DNA from: Lama glama
Lineage: Eukaryota
Assembly (NCBI GenBank): GCA_028534125.1
Contig: CM052817.1
Span: 61,196,001-61,260,000 of the forward strand
Direction: 5' to 3'
DNA: 64,000 bases
Part shown: positions 28,982-41,770 of the stretch, one piece after another
How the letters are laid out: each line of letters starts with the position of its first letter
How positions within the stretch are numbered: position 1 is the stretch's first letter
Made by a program: the position numbers and the translations under genes
Notes under the pieces: model-generated
What the model was told of the DNA's origin: nothing
Database searches by the model: none
The model's input: only the letters and a program-made list of their open reading frames with translations

Positions 28982-29633
28982 TAGGAATGTAATGTGTGTG
29001 CTAAATATTTATATTACAAAATAGTGTTTGAGATCAACCATGTGAAAAGCTTAGGATGAGTTCTGCATTTTTCTGATTAAATATTCTTTTTTATCAATAT
29101 TATAAAATATTTTTGAACTGCTTGTTAATTCTTTGCATTATTTATTTACCTGATTTCCTAGCTATAGTATCAGCATTGTAATTGTAACAAACATAGCTGT
29201 AGTAACAGTTATGAACTCATATAAAATGTGAATCATTTATGAAGCCATCTATAACCCCAAGTCACCTGTTTTAGCTTTTTTCATATTCTCACCCTTTAAA
29301 TTTTTCATGAAGTTTTTTTTGAGTGTAATAATGCATTGCAGTGTAGTATTCCATAAGCTTTGGTCTATTTGTCAGATAGTAAAAATGCTTTCAGAGTCGG
29401 TAAAGACCCATGCCAAGCATGCCAGTGCTAAAAGGACTTTCGTTCAATCACATGATTATATATGGAAGCACATTATTTGTTTAACACTGGGAATACATTT
29501 ACACTTGTATTGATTTATTCAGGTACATGTGCAGGTTGTACATCTGCTAAATTCTGATGAGCTGAATGCAAAATCTTGTTGCTGTACTCGTTCTTTACAT
29601 ATGTTCAAATTACATGTTTTGAAGTTAGCAGTT

Positions 29634-29685
29634 TATAAAAGCCTAGCTTCATGTTGAAGTATAAAAGCCTAGCTGCATGTTGAAG
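29634..29685. repeat. 26-bp tandem duplication
   Basis: tataaaagcctagcttcatgttgaag / tataaaagcctagctgcatgttgaag, one mismatch. Confidence 0.9.
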
Positions 29686-29980
29686 TTTAATTGAGCAAAC
29701 ATGTTTTTGGTACTCTAGTATCAGAGCACTTCCTAGTGAGAGTAGAAATGCAAAAACAGTTAGGCTTCCTTCCCTCTGAAGAAAGATTGTTGTATATTTG
29801 CAGAGGTGAAATTATATACACAGAAAGCATTTTTAAAGCAACATAAAAATAAGTATGAAATAATCTGATATAAATTCTATTAAGTTTTCAGGTGCTTTAC
29901 TTATTTATAAAAGAGTATAAAGGTTTTTTCAACAAGTTAATTTTAGATTTTTAACAAAAAGATCAATGGCTTATTTCTAG

Positions 29981-30062
29981 GAATTAAGGGAGGTACTCAA
30001 GGAACATGAATGGATGTACACGGAGGCTTTAGAATCTTTAAAAGTGTTTGCAGAAGACCAAG
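29981..30062 (+). CDS. SMARCAD1: SMARCAD1 exon 8 (82 nt): [27 protein letters not shown]
   Basis: ttctag| ... AAG|gtaatt. Confidence 0.95.
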
Positions 30063-31559
30063 GTAATTATTTTATGTCATTATAGAAATTTCATGCTTCC
30101 CAATATATTGTATTTTAGTATATAAAAAAATAGTAAACCTATTAGCTAATAATCAGAGAATGGGATTGCAAAAGATGTTGGAAATAATGATGTACAAAAG
30201 TTTTAAATGACCAGTTCCCAAATGGTTTAACCTGTTCTTTAGTGCAGTGTAAAATCAAACAATAAACATCTTTTTCTACTTGGCTAACTTTTGTTACAGT
30301 TAAGGCTACTTTTAAACTACCATGTTTTATGGAGTACAAAGGAAACTTTTTTTTTTTTTTTTTACAGTTTAACAGCTCTCAGCCTGAAAGGATCTAACAA
30401 TTGCTGGTGTCTTAAAATCATTGTAATGTAGATGTCCTAGCCTGCACTTAAATGAATATCAAAAGCACCAGTATCAGAAACATATAAGATGGATATCACT
30501 GGCATGGAAGAAAGTCCCTGATCTCATAGTGAAACATTCTTAACTTTGGGAACCAAGTGGTAGGAGAAAAGTAGCAGAAAGGAGTTGAATCACACATCTT
30601 TATAACATCCTTAAGCAGGAATCAAGTAGACTAGCTCTTCATAATTGTAACACCAGCTTTTTACAAGCCCAACACAGTGGCTTTAGGTGTTTTGTTTGTT
30701 TGGTAATGAATTATTTTAGGAAATGCTGTACAGCAAGTGCTCTTGATGGCAAAGAATGATATTGTGTGGAGTAAAGAAAGCCACCAGTATCACCAATTCT
30801 GAGTCTGAAAAATGATTCAGAAGAGAAAGATTATGAGTGTGAAAAAATTTGAGGAACACTTAATCAATTTGTCTTGCTTACTTTTTTATATATGTATAAG
30901 AATGAATGTATGATAATCAATGTGCAAGTCTAAAAGCTCTTTGAGTAAGTAAAACATAAACATTCTAAATAATAAAATATGGTTATAGGTTAATAGTTTG
31001 CATTTTCTTACTTTTACATAAAATAGCAGTGTACCTCCAACCACAGGCATCTTAGAACTCTGTGGACTATGATAGACTAATTAGTTATAAAGTAGTGGTG
31101 CTTTTCAATACTAATGTATTTAAATGATTTTTTAGAGTAATGATGGACCTAGGATAGTGGAGATGGTGAAGAAAAAATTGATTTTAATTTGGATGGTTTT
31201 AGTTTAGGGTGAGTGTTGCTTTTACTGCACCCATCAGTGTTGGCCTGGGGATAGGACTGCTAAATAACATCTGGGACATCTTACATATATGCATCTGCCA
31301 CTTAGGTGCTTGGGGTCTTTGTTAGAAAATGAGGATTTAAGTTTAATTCATTAAAAAAAAGGTTATCTGTTTTTGAAACTATTTCAACTCATTGTATAAC
31401 TTCTAATTCTACTTCAGTATTTCTCTTTATATTAAGATTCAACAATAAATCATAATTGAGTTCTGTATTGAAAAGAAAGGTAGATATATTTAAACATTCT
31501 TCTTATCTTATTTGAGGTCTTATATCTATATTTATATTTAATTTATATCTCTAATGTAG

Positions 31560-32208
<649 letters not shown>

Positions 32209-32262
32209 GGGCATACTGTCACTCATTCTTTTGCATAGAAACTTGGTTCATTTCACCGAAGA

Positions 32263-32640
32263 AGAAGAAATTAGAGCTTACATTTAGGAAGGAGTTGTTT
32301 GCCAGCCTGTTCTGATCTGTTACTGCTGAGACACCATGCAAAAAGCGAGAATGTGGCAGAAATTTTACTACAACTACTTGAAGAGCAATAGCAACGTCCA
32401 GGGGAGCTCCATGATTCAAAATGCCAGCCTAAGTGTTTTATGCTTCACCACAAAAGAAGCAATTGTTTATTTTATTTTTCTTTTATAAGTGACAGCTCAA
32501 TCTCTAACATGTTTTTCTTGATTAAACAACGCGGCCATTTTATGGAGTGTAGCAGGCTGCAGCGTTTTTAATTGCAAAGATAGAAAAGTGTGTGGAAGCC
32601 TAGAATTCAAGCGTTAGGTGAAGGGAAGGCATAAGCACTG
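32263..32640 (+). other. SMARCAD1: Putative alternative non-coding first exon of the short (skin-type) SMARCAD1 isoform; 5' end uncertain
   Basis: Strong donor GCACTG|GTAAGT whose +1 G is 665 nt after the end of exon 9; splicing to exon 10 puts an ATG 9 nt downstream; the start is placed from the recalled 378-nt human exon length. Confidence 0.75.
32531..32541 (-). promoter_or_regulatory. YY1-type motif (AAAATGGCCGC on - strand)
   Basis: GCGGCCATTTT on the + strand, with retained CpG in an otherwise CpG-poor window. Confidence 0.5.
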
Positions 32641-35600
32641 GTAAGTACACTTTGCATGATCATTTTCTGGAATTTTGTTTTCTAGAAACAAATTTTATCT
32701 AAAGAAGCTGTATTTTGAGTTTTATAAATGTCAACAGTCAGCAAATCTTATTCATACAGAAAAATACAAGGACTCTGTCTTTTAAATTTTGCTTCAACTT
32801 TTGTGAGAATGTGAGTTTTTATAGCATGAATTCTAAGCAGGCCCTGCTGTGAAAGCAATATGGTTCTTTTTTTTTTTTTTACAGCTTTAGAATATGAAGT
32901 GACTCGATGTTTTATAAATTTTTAGGAGGTTTTATTCCCAAACTTAAGGAGTAAAGTTGCTTTTTTGATTAATTTTAAACTTGTGACAAATTTGTATGAG
33001 CCTAAGTCCCTTTGATGAGTATCTTAAAGTGTCAGGGTAGGAAGGTCCCTGAACAATGGTTGTAAATAGCATTTTTTAAAAAATTAAAATACTTGAAAAA
33101 TACAAAAACACCATTACTGGTATTTCATGCCTTTAAAAAAATAAATAAATAAGCCATTCGTTTTGCCTAAAGCGTTTGCTTTTCCAGAGAACATCTGTCA
33201 AAGCAGGCTCTTTCAAAACTTGTTCGGCTTTGCCTGAGTGATTTATTTGCTAAAGTATTTGCTGAAGGGCTTTCTTGTTCTTCTTTTCTTCCTTTTCTTC
33301 TTTCTTTTAATCTTTAATAGTCTCCTATGTTATTGCAGAGTTGGGTTGCTCAGGCTTGTTGGGATTTTAATTTATTTAATAAGGAATGCAATTATCTGCA
33401 CCAGTGTGTTTAGTCACTGTAACTACTTGCCCGCATATCTCATAGTAAAAATAAATTATACCAGAGTTGTGAATGCCAGATGCTTTTAAAAATACTCAGC
33501 AACTTAACATGTGGAAAGCATATTTCCCCTGCTAATTAATTGGCGTAGTTTAAATTAGTCTTGACATGAATTTGTAGGTATGCATTACCTACTTAAACCT
33601 CCTATAGCATCTTGTCCCCTTTCTTAAAGTTAAATATGGAGACTTTTTTTTGCTAGCCATTCATCTAAATGTTGATTATTTTATGTGATAAGAAGTAAAC
33701 TTGCTACTTGAGTTCAGCGAATATAAGGCTTTGCTATCCTGAAAATGTTAGTAAATGTAAGTTTTTGGAAATGAACAGTTAAAATTAGCAAGTCGGTATT
33801 TATAAGCTTTTAAGTTTTAAGTTGCTTAGAACTTTAAGCTTCTGCTTTCATTTGCTTTAAAATTTTGAATATAACTGATTTAAAGAGCAATTTAATATCT
33901 TAAAGTCATCAAAGGAAAGGTCATATTATGTACATTTTGGTAAAAAAAAAACTAAATTTGCTCCTTCCCTATTTTTTTAATATGTATATTTACTGAAGTC
34001 AATTTGCTCCTTCTGTATTAATCAGAGGCTTGGTAATGTACCTGTGAATCACTCCTCCATCCAAAAAAAAGAAAAAACATTTACTTTTGTTTTCAAAACT
34101 ACTGTGTTTAGAAAAATTCCTATGAGAATTAGTCGAAGTTTTAATTATGTCCCGCAGTCATACTTTCCTGGAAATTATAAGGCATTATATATTAAGAACA
34201 GTGTACAAATGTCTAGTAAACACTTAACATTATTGTGGAAGTTTTTTTTTTTTCAGTCTTAAGGATTGGGAGATTTGGCAGAACTTTAAAATTCATTAAT
34301 ATTTCATTACAGTGCATACTGAGCCAACAAATCAAGTATCTGCATATATTTTAATTATGATTTTTGCTGAAACAGAAGTCACCATAACATTGGTAAATTG
34401 AATGTAATCAGTATTTCATTGTCTTATTTTATTAAAAAATTCATTTGATTGTGAAAATTATGGTAACTGCCTTTTAAAGCAGAAGTTGAAAAGTTGAACA
34501 TCATTATTATGACTGTCAGAGGATTATACTTTTTAAAAAATTAAAATGCTCTGAGATATTCTAGTCACCCTAATTTTACATGAGGAAAATTTGGTTATTT
34601 AACTAAATAAGTGCATTATATAGGGATATTTATGTTTGCAGCTTTATACCCTTTTTTAAAATATAAATGTTTGTCAGGTTTTCATAATTTTCCATTCTCT
34701 TATTTTTCTGCTTTAATAGCAATAAAGTGCATGCTCATCATAAGAAACCAGAGCATTAATTCATGTAGATTTTGGAAATATAGCGAGTCAAAATATCATC
34801 AGTTTAAAGACATGCACTGTTAATATGGTAAAATTGGGATTTTTATCACCAGATTTTATACATTTGATGGCATCAGTTCACCAACCGCTTACTGAATTTT
34901 TACCTAGCTTTGTGCAGAGTAAGGTGGGGATGCTATTATGTCTATGATAATCGTATTATATTGAATCTTTATACTTTAATCAGAATAGTAGTATATACTG
35001 ACCAAATTAAAGATTTATGAATAGCTTATTCAGAAATGGCTCAGCCTAAAAACTTTTCTTATGTGCATTTACTTCCTTAACATTTAGATCAGCATAAATG
35101 CAGTTTTTTTTTTTTTTATTGTTAACCAAGCAGCCCGGGTTTAGCTCATATGGAAACATGTGCTGCTCCCATCTACTAGTAACTTAGACCACAGGTTTTC
35201 TTTTTGCTGTGTTTTCCTGGTGGTTGTGAAATGTCTGTCTAAATTTGTCACTTGAAGTATTGTAATGCCTACTCCTTCCTTCGTGATAGAGTGGCTTCAG
35301 TAAATTTGGGTATAGAATTACTGTATTCAGGCTTTGTTTTCATTTTTATAACTTTGATAAATATTTATAAATACATTTTGAGTACTTTATAGGCTGCTGC
35401 CACGTTTTCATAGCAGTGAATAAGATTAGGACTCTGTGCTTAATATTACTTTTCAGGTGGGGAATCAAATCTGCTTTTGAACAATTTCTCTGTTCCTATA
35501 GAAATTCAAAATTATTCTTACTATAAGAGTGACACACTGTGGCAAGAGATAGGTACTTCAGTTAATGACTATTTTTAAAAGATTAAGGCTTTAAAGTAAT

Positions 35601-35905
35601 ACTTGATTTTTTAGTCAAAGAGATAGTAATCAGGGCCATGTTGATGGTTTTTTTTTCATGTAATTACCCGGTAAGTACCAATTACTTTTTTTTCTTTCTT
35701 CCCTCTGAAAAAATAGTTTTATCATTTTTTTGAAGAATGACTTGTTTTCTTTGTCTAAAATTGAAGCAGTACATGCAAGAACAAAGAAGAAAGTCACGTT
35801 TAGCTAAAATTCTGCTAGATACCTGCCACTTAAGGCTTTATTGAGCAGCCATCTGTTTATGCATATGTTTGTATTTGTCATATTATGTAAACAAGATCAT
35901 ATTTT

Positions 35906-36116
35906 AAAAAAATTTTCATTGAAGTATAGTTGATTTACAGTGTTTCAGGTATATAGCAGTGGTTGAGTTATACATATAGATATGTACTCTTTTCCATTAT
36001 AGGTTATTACAAGGTAGAATATAGTTCCGTGTGCTGTACAGTAGGTCCTTGTTGTTTATCTGTTTTACTTATAGTAGTGTGTATCTATAATTTCAAATTC
36101 CAAATTTATCCCTCAT
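35906..36116 (-). mobile_element. Short L1 3'-end fragment (~210 nt)
   Basis: Same 3'UTR family; TSD aagatcatatttt (35893-35905) / aaggtcatatttt (36117-36129). Confidence 0.85.
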
Positions 36117-37006
36117 AAGGTCATATTTTGTATATTCATCAATAACTTTAGATTTACTTGTAGATCTCGCATTTATACTCTACATTTATTAAATCTTGTT
36201 TTAGTAAAGCTAACTTACAGGATTATTAAATGCTGTTTGTCTTCAGAAAACAGTAACATAACAGTAGATTTTTTCTTACACCTTTCTTTGAGGGAAGTCA
36301 CCATGTTCTCTGTCCCTATACACACCTAATGAATATATTGTGAAATTAAATATTGTTTTTTAATGTTTTGTTTTTTTATTATTTATGCATATATTTAGGT
36401 TAACAAGTTAAATAATTCTACAGGCTTATTCTCCCTGAAAATCTATATCCATCCCCTTCTCTAGCCTATTTCCCACACTGCAGATAACTGCTTCTACTTC
36501 TTCTGATTCTTTTTTTTCCCCTTAAAAGTACATTCTTTATTGACAAGTCAGGTTAATGTATAGTGTATTGTTGATGTTAATAATACTTCTTGCTTAAAGT
36601 AGGAAAGGAATCTGGAGTAAGTCAGGTGTTTTGCTTTTCTCTAAAAAATTTAAGAATTTCTAGTAAAATTTTGCCTAAATGTTCAACAAAAGTTTCTTGA
36701 AAAGAAGTCTGTAAATAAGGCATCAAATGTTAGCATTCTGATCAGAAGAATTGACCAGTGTGCAGCTTAAAATTATTTAGTTTTTTCCCTAGAAAATGGA
36801 TTTTATGATATTATACAAAAGAACCACTGTGAGGTATTTTGGGATATTTCCTGATATGATTCATAATACTTAAAAAAAAAATTACAAAAGCTGTCTGAAG
36901 AGCTAGCTTTCCCCTTTCCTATGTGATGCCTCTACTCTTTCCACCACCTCTGAAATTGCTTTTGTGACATCATCAATGATCCACTGATTGTTGGTTCAAA
37001 GGACAT

Positions 37007-37148
37007 CTTTTTTTTTTTTTTAATTATTGTGGGGGGTGGTAATTAGGGGATTTTATTTATTATTTTTAGTGGAGATACTGGGGGTTGAACCCAGGACCTT
37101 GTGCGTGCTAAGCATGAACTCTACCACTGAGCTATACCTCCCCTCCCA
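37007..37148 (-). mobile_element. tRNA-Ala-derived SINE
   Basis: Perfect 13-bp TSD gttcaaaggacat (36994-37006, 37149-37161) and poly(A) tail on the - strand. Confidence 0.92.
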
Positions 37149-38409
37149 GTTCAAAGGACATTTTAAATTCTTATTCTGCTTGACCTCTTTAAGGAGCTCG
37201 AAAATTTGCTTCTTCCTCTGTCAAACTCTTAAATTCTGTCTGTTTCTTAACACTTTCATATCTCTGGATAATATTAAACAATGCTTTAAAAAATTTTTTC
37301 AGTTGTAGGCTTTATCTGTTGACATGACATAAATATTGTTAACATTTTGGCAGGATTAGCTCTCTTATTCACTGCCTGTCTCACCTCTTATGCCCATTTC
37401 CAGTTCCCCAATTCTAATAGTATGTTAATGTGGTAATTTTGAAAATAATTTTCAGTATCTACATTGTTAGACTTTGCAAATGCCTTTCATAGCTGAGCCA
37501 TGTAATATACTACATGGTTACTTTTTTTTTTCTTGCTCAGCATTGTGTTCTCTCTAGTTATTAGTTGTCTTGGTTTTTCTGTTTTCTTAGTTTTTTGTAT
37601 ACTTAAAGTTCAACTCTAAACTCTTCTCCAGTTGTCTAAATTTCCCCTCAAATTTTAGACACTTCAAGTATTTTATCAGTTGCATCATCTTGAAGCAAGT
37701 CTCTTCTGGAGTCTTACGACCTGCTCTGATTTGGACTGGCCATATTATAGACCAGCTTATCAACTGTGATACTGGGATCTCATTTCCCCAGCATTTTGAA
37801 AAATCTTGTTTTTCCTCTCTTGTGTTGGATCTCTTGTTTCTGAGTTCCATTCCTGTCTCTTTATTTATCACCTTGGTTTTGTAAATACCTACTAGGAGAT
37901 GGGTGAATAATATAGTGGAGCTAAATTGCCTAAATGGCCTGCTTTCGAATCCCAATTCTGACATTTTCTAGCAATTTACATGACTTAAAGCAAGTTCTTT
38001 CTCTGTTCCTGTATTTCTTCATCTGTAAGTAGAATGTAATTAGTGGGGAAGTCCAAGGATTAAATAAAATAACTGCCCATTCAGTTGCCGGTTTTTAAAA
38101 AAATGTTAGCTGCAGATATCCACAATATTTTACATTAGAAGTGTTGTATATATCATCAGTGAAATGTTAAGAATCGATTGTAGTTTTCTACTCGCCCCTC
38201 AATATCAGTTCTAGTCATGTGGAATCAAACTTTTTTGGATCAAATTGTTTCTCTCTCTCTCTTTTTAACCCCATCTGTGCTTTAGAACAGATTTATGGCT
38301 GGTTACATTTCCCACAATATATTAAGACTGCGTTTTTTCAGCCTCCCTTTGGTAATTTGACAAATTCCTGTCTAGTGGGATATAAGCAGGAGTATACTGT
38401 GACTTTTGG

Positions 38410-38640
38410 AAGGTATCTTTAAAGGATCCCTTGGTTGAGATGTCAGTGTGATGGTGGGATCCACATATTGAGGTTTTGAAGCAACAAAGTAGTAGAATCC
38501 TTGATTTTGTAACCACTTTACCAGATCTGAACTGCCCCCTGTGGTCTTAATTTACATGAGAGAGAAATAAACATGTTTTATTTAAACCCCTGGTGTTTTG
38601 GATTTACTATCACTCGTAACTGAACCTAATTCTAACAGAT
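38410..38640 (+). mobile_element. Old MLT1-type LTR 3' part
   Basis: 'ttacatgagagagaaataaac...tttaaaccc...taactgaacctaattctaac'. Confidence 0.5.
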
Positions 38641-39544
38641 TTATTAACAGTGAAACTTTTTCCTTGAAAATCTGTCTACTGATGTCTTACATTCATGGAC
38701 ATTGTATCACTACAGATAGATCTAAATCTAAACTAGCAGCAGCAATTTGGATCATCTCTAATGTTGATTGGATTGTATGGGAAGAGAGGTGAAGAGAGTG
38801 GGAAGCCTCAGGGGGTTATGTTTTGAAATTTTGACTTAAAAAATAACCAGAATGTCAAGTTCACTAGAAGTCTCAGTCAAACTGTTGCAGCATTGTAAAA
38901 TAAAGGTTGCTTTTTTGCACTCTCCTTCGTTGTCCCATAAGAATTTCAAACATAAAAATTAGAATAGTATAATGAGCCCTCATGTACTCATCACCAGCTT
39001 CAGTTACCAGCTCATGTCAGATTTTGTTTCATCTCTCTCACTCTTTCACTGTCACTCTCTCCCAATCATTTGTTCCACAGCTTCCCAGTCTGGGCTTTTC
39101 TGGTTCTGTTTTCTGGGAAATTATGATTAGAAGGTTAAATACTCCCACCAGTACCATTACATGGTCAGTAATGTGTTCTTTCATTGGGGAACAGTAATGT
39201 CTGATTGGTTCTTTTTGTCCTGTACCTTTATCTCTTCTCTAGGTTGTGACATATTAAATTGATCTTCTTTGAGTTGAAATATTCTTTCCTATTTCTTGTC
39301 TTATTACTTTGAAAGGGATTCCTATATCCTAGCTTCTGATAGTTTCCTTGTGAAAATTTTGTTTTTTCCCCTTGTAATACCAGTTGTTACACGTAAAATT
39401 ATTTGCTGCATGTCTTTCCAAATGACTATAAACCACACAAGGACAGGGAATGGGTCCGTATATCAGGTACCTTCACTAGCCTCTGTAGTACTTACTAAGA
39501 AAAAAAATAATAATAAATGATAGTTGGTTACAGAAACAAAGAAG

Positions 39545-39702
39545 TTTTTGTTTTTTAATTTTTAATTGGTTTTTTTTTTGGCGGGGGTGGGGAGTAATTA
39601 GGTTTATTTATTTATTTATTTATTTAAATGGAGGCACTGGGGATTGAACCCAGGACCTCAGGTATGCTAGGCGTGCACTTTACGACTGAGCTATACCCTC
39701 CC
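39545..39702 (-). mobile_element. tRNA-Ala-derived SINE
   Basis: ggcactggggattgaacccaggacc...gagctataccctccc with (TTTA)n; no clear TSD. Confidence 0.88.
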
Positions 39703-40212
39703 TGACTTTTAAGGTTTGTTTTTTTTGTTTATGGCGGTACTAGTTTTAGTGAAAAGAGTATAGACTTTAGAATCTTTTATTCTGCTTTGTGACCTTGAAA
39801 TTGGAACCTTGGTTTACTCATCCAGAACTGGTGGACTGATCTTGCGGTTGTTGTGAGAACTTAACGAGTTAATGAACAAAAGACACCTAGTAGTTTCTGG
39901 GACATACAAGGCACATAATACGTGTTCCTTTTTTTTCCCCTGGTTATTCTTGTTGGCTCTTACACTCACATACGTATCATACACCCACCCCACAATAGAC
40001 GTGAGATTGATTTTTTTGGCCTGCAATTTTAGGGTTTCATTTTTAAATAAAAAATTTTACCTGAAAGTTCTAGAAGAAAGTCATAAATCTTTTCCCTGGA
40101 AAGCACAAATTGGGAGGTCACATTGTGGATGTGAAAATACAGTGTGCAGATACCTTCATGTGTCCTAGTGTCATTTTGTGACATGCCAAGTTTTTGGTTT
40201 ATTTTGTTTTTT

Positions 40213-40348
40213 CATTATTATTTTTTTTATTTTGGCAGTGGGGAAGTAATTAGGCTTATTTATTTTTAGAGGAGGTACTGGGGATTGAACCCAGGACCTT
40301 GTGCATGCTAAGCATGCGCTCTACCACTCAAGCTATACCCTCCCCACC
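40213..40348 (-). mobile_element. tRNA-Ala-derived SINE (copy closest to tRNA-Ala-AGC)
   Basis: - strand GGGTATAGCTTGAGTGGTAGAGCGCATGCTTAGCATGCACAAGGTCCTGGGTTCAATCCCCAGTACCTCC; 13-bp TSD tattttgtttttt (40200-40212, 40349-40361). Confidence 0.92.
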
Positions 40349-41569
40349 TATTTTGTTTTTTAATCTTGCAGTACATTAATGACATGGCTTTGGAATAGAC
40401 TGGAAATTTTTTTTCTTAGCAGCCTATTCTAGGTTAGGTGTAAAAAGTATGTGTTAGTATAAACTACATTTTTAATGGAATTTTCTTATTATATCCTGTA
40501 AGTGTTCTATTTCTACTGCTTGAGCTTCTCTGTGAACTTAGAAATACTGTGATCAGAGGGATTAGAGTTGTTAATGAGATTCTTGCCATAACTTGAAAGA
40601 ATATGCTAAATAAGATATTATGAATCAAAATCATGTGTGGTTTTAGCCTGACAGATGGTTTTAGTTTAGTTTCCTTTATTCTGTTTTGGACTAGGGATTT
40701 TTCTTTTTGCCCAACAAACAGCTTTCAGATAGCCACTGGGCTTTTTTTCTAATCTTTTCACTGGAGGTGTATTTTTGTATAGTTCTTTAGGGTATATTTT
40801 TTTTCAGCTAGCCGTATGGGAAACTTCTAATTCTATTACAGCTTTTAAATTGTAAAGTATTCAGTGTGTTCTTCAGAAAAATAAATACAAATACATTCTG
40901 AAAGAAAGTCTCACGAACCAATTTATGTAAGTGTTATATTGAAATTGATACTATATTTAAGTTTTATCAAATTATTGAATTGGTAACAGTTAACTTAATT
41001 CATGCAGTATTTTTCCAAGTTGTAGTCTCAGTTTAGGGTAAAATATGAAGTGACATAATTGGAATTTTGAAAGCTTGAAGGGTTGTACTTTGATGATAGA
41101 TAGGGAAGATATGTTTTAGCACAATCAATGTTACCATCTTATTCATATTACTATATGTCATAGTCACAGGAAGTGACAAAAATGGAGGCAAGCGATCTAG
41201 TATGAAGTTACTACACTTGGTACTATTACCTTTGGTAATGGATGTGAATCTGAGGTTTTGAAGACAAAACTTGATAGGAGACATTAACAATTTAGAGTTT
41301 CTCCTATAAAAGAATAGCTACCAGGGACAAAATAACAAGCTTGAGTTTTGAGGAAAAAGGTATATTTTATTTCAACACAATGAATTTGAGGTGGTAGTAG
41401 GATTTATTAAAGTGAAACATGAAAATTCAAGTGCAGGTTCTGTTCACACTTGATTAAGGTCATTAGTAAAAGTTTAACAAACTTTTTTCTCTCTCAAAGA
41501 AAGGAGTTGAGATTGGCTTTTTATTTACTAGATCTGAACTGCTAAATTATTTTTCTTTTCATGCCATAG

Positions 41570-41770
<201 letters not shown>

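Noticed and set aside
29634..29685. CRISPR-like direct repeats
   Set aside because: Only two abutting copies, no spacers, mammalian intron context.
30346..30375. Poly(T)-ACAG acceptor-like site in intron 8
   Set aside because: No convincing downstream donor or coding frame; could be a simple mononucleotide run.
40271..40345. Apparent tRNA-Ala(AGC) gene on the - strand
   Set aside because: It has an A-rich tail, a 13-bp TSD, five diverged sister copies and stem mismatches, so it is a SINE rather than a functional tRNA.
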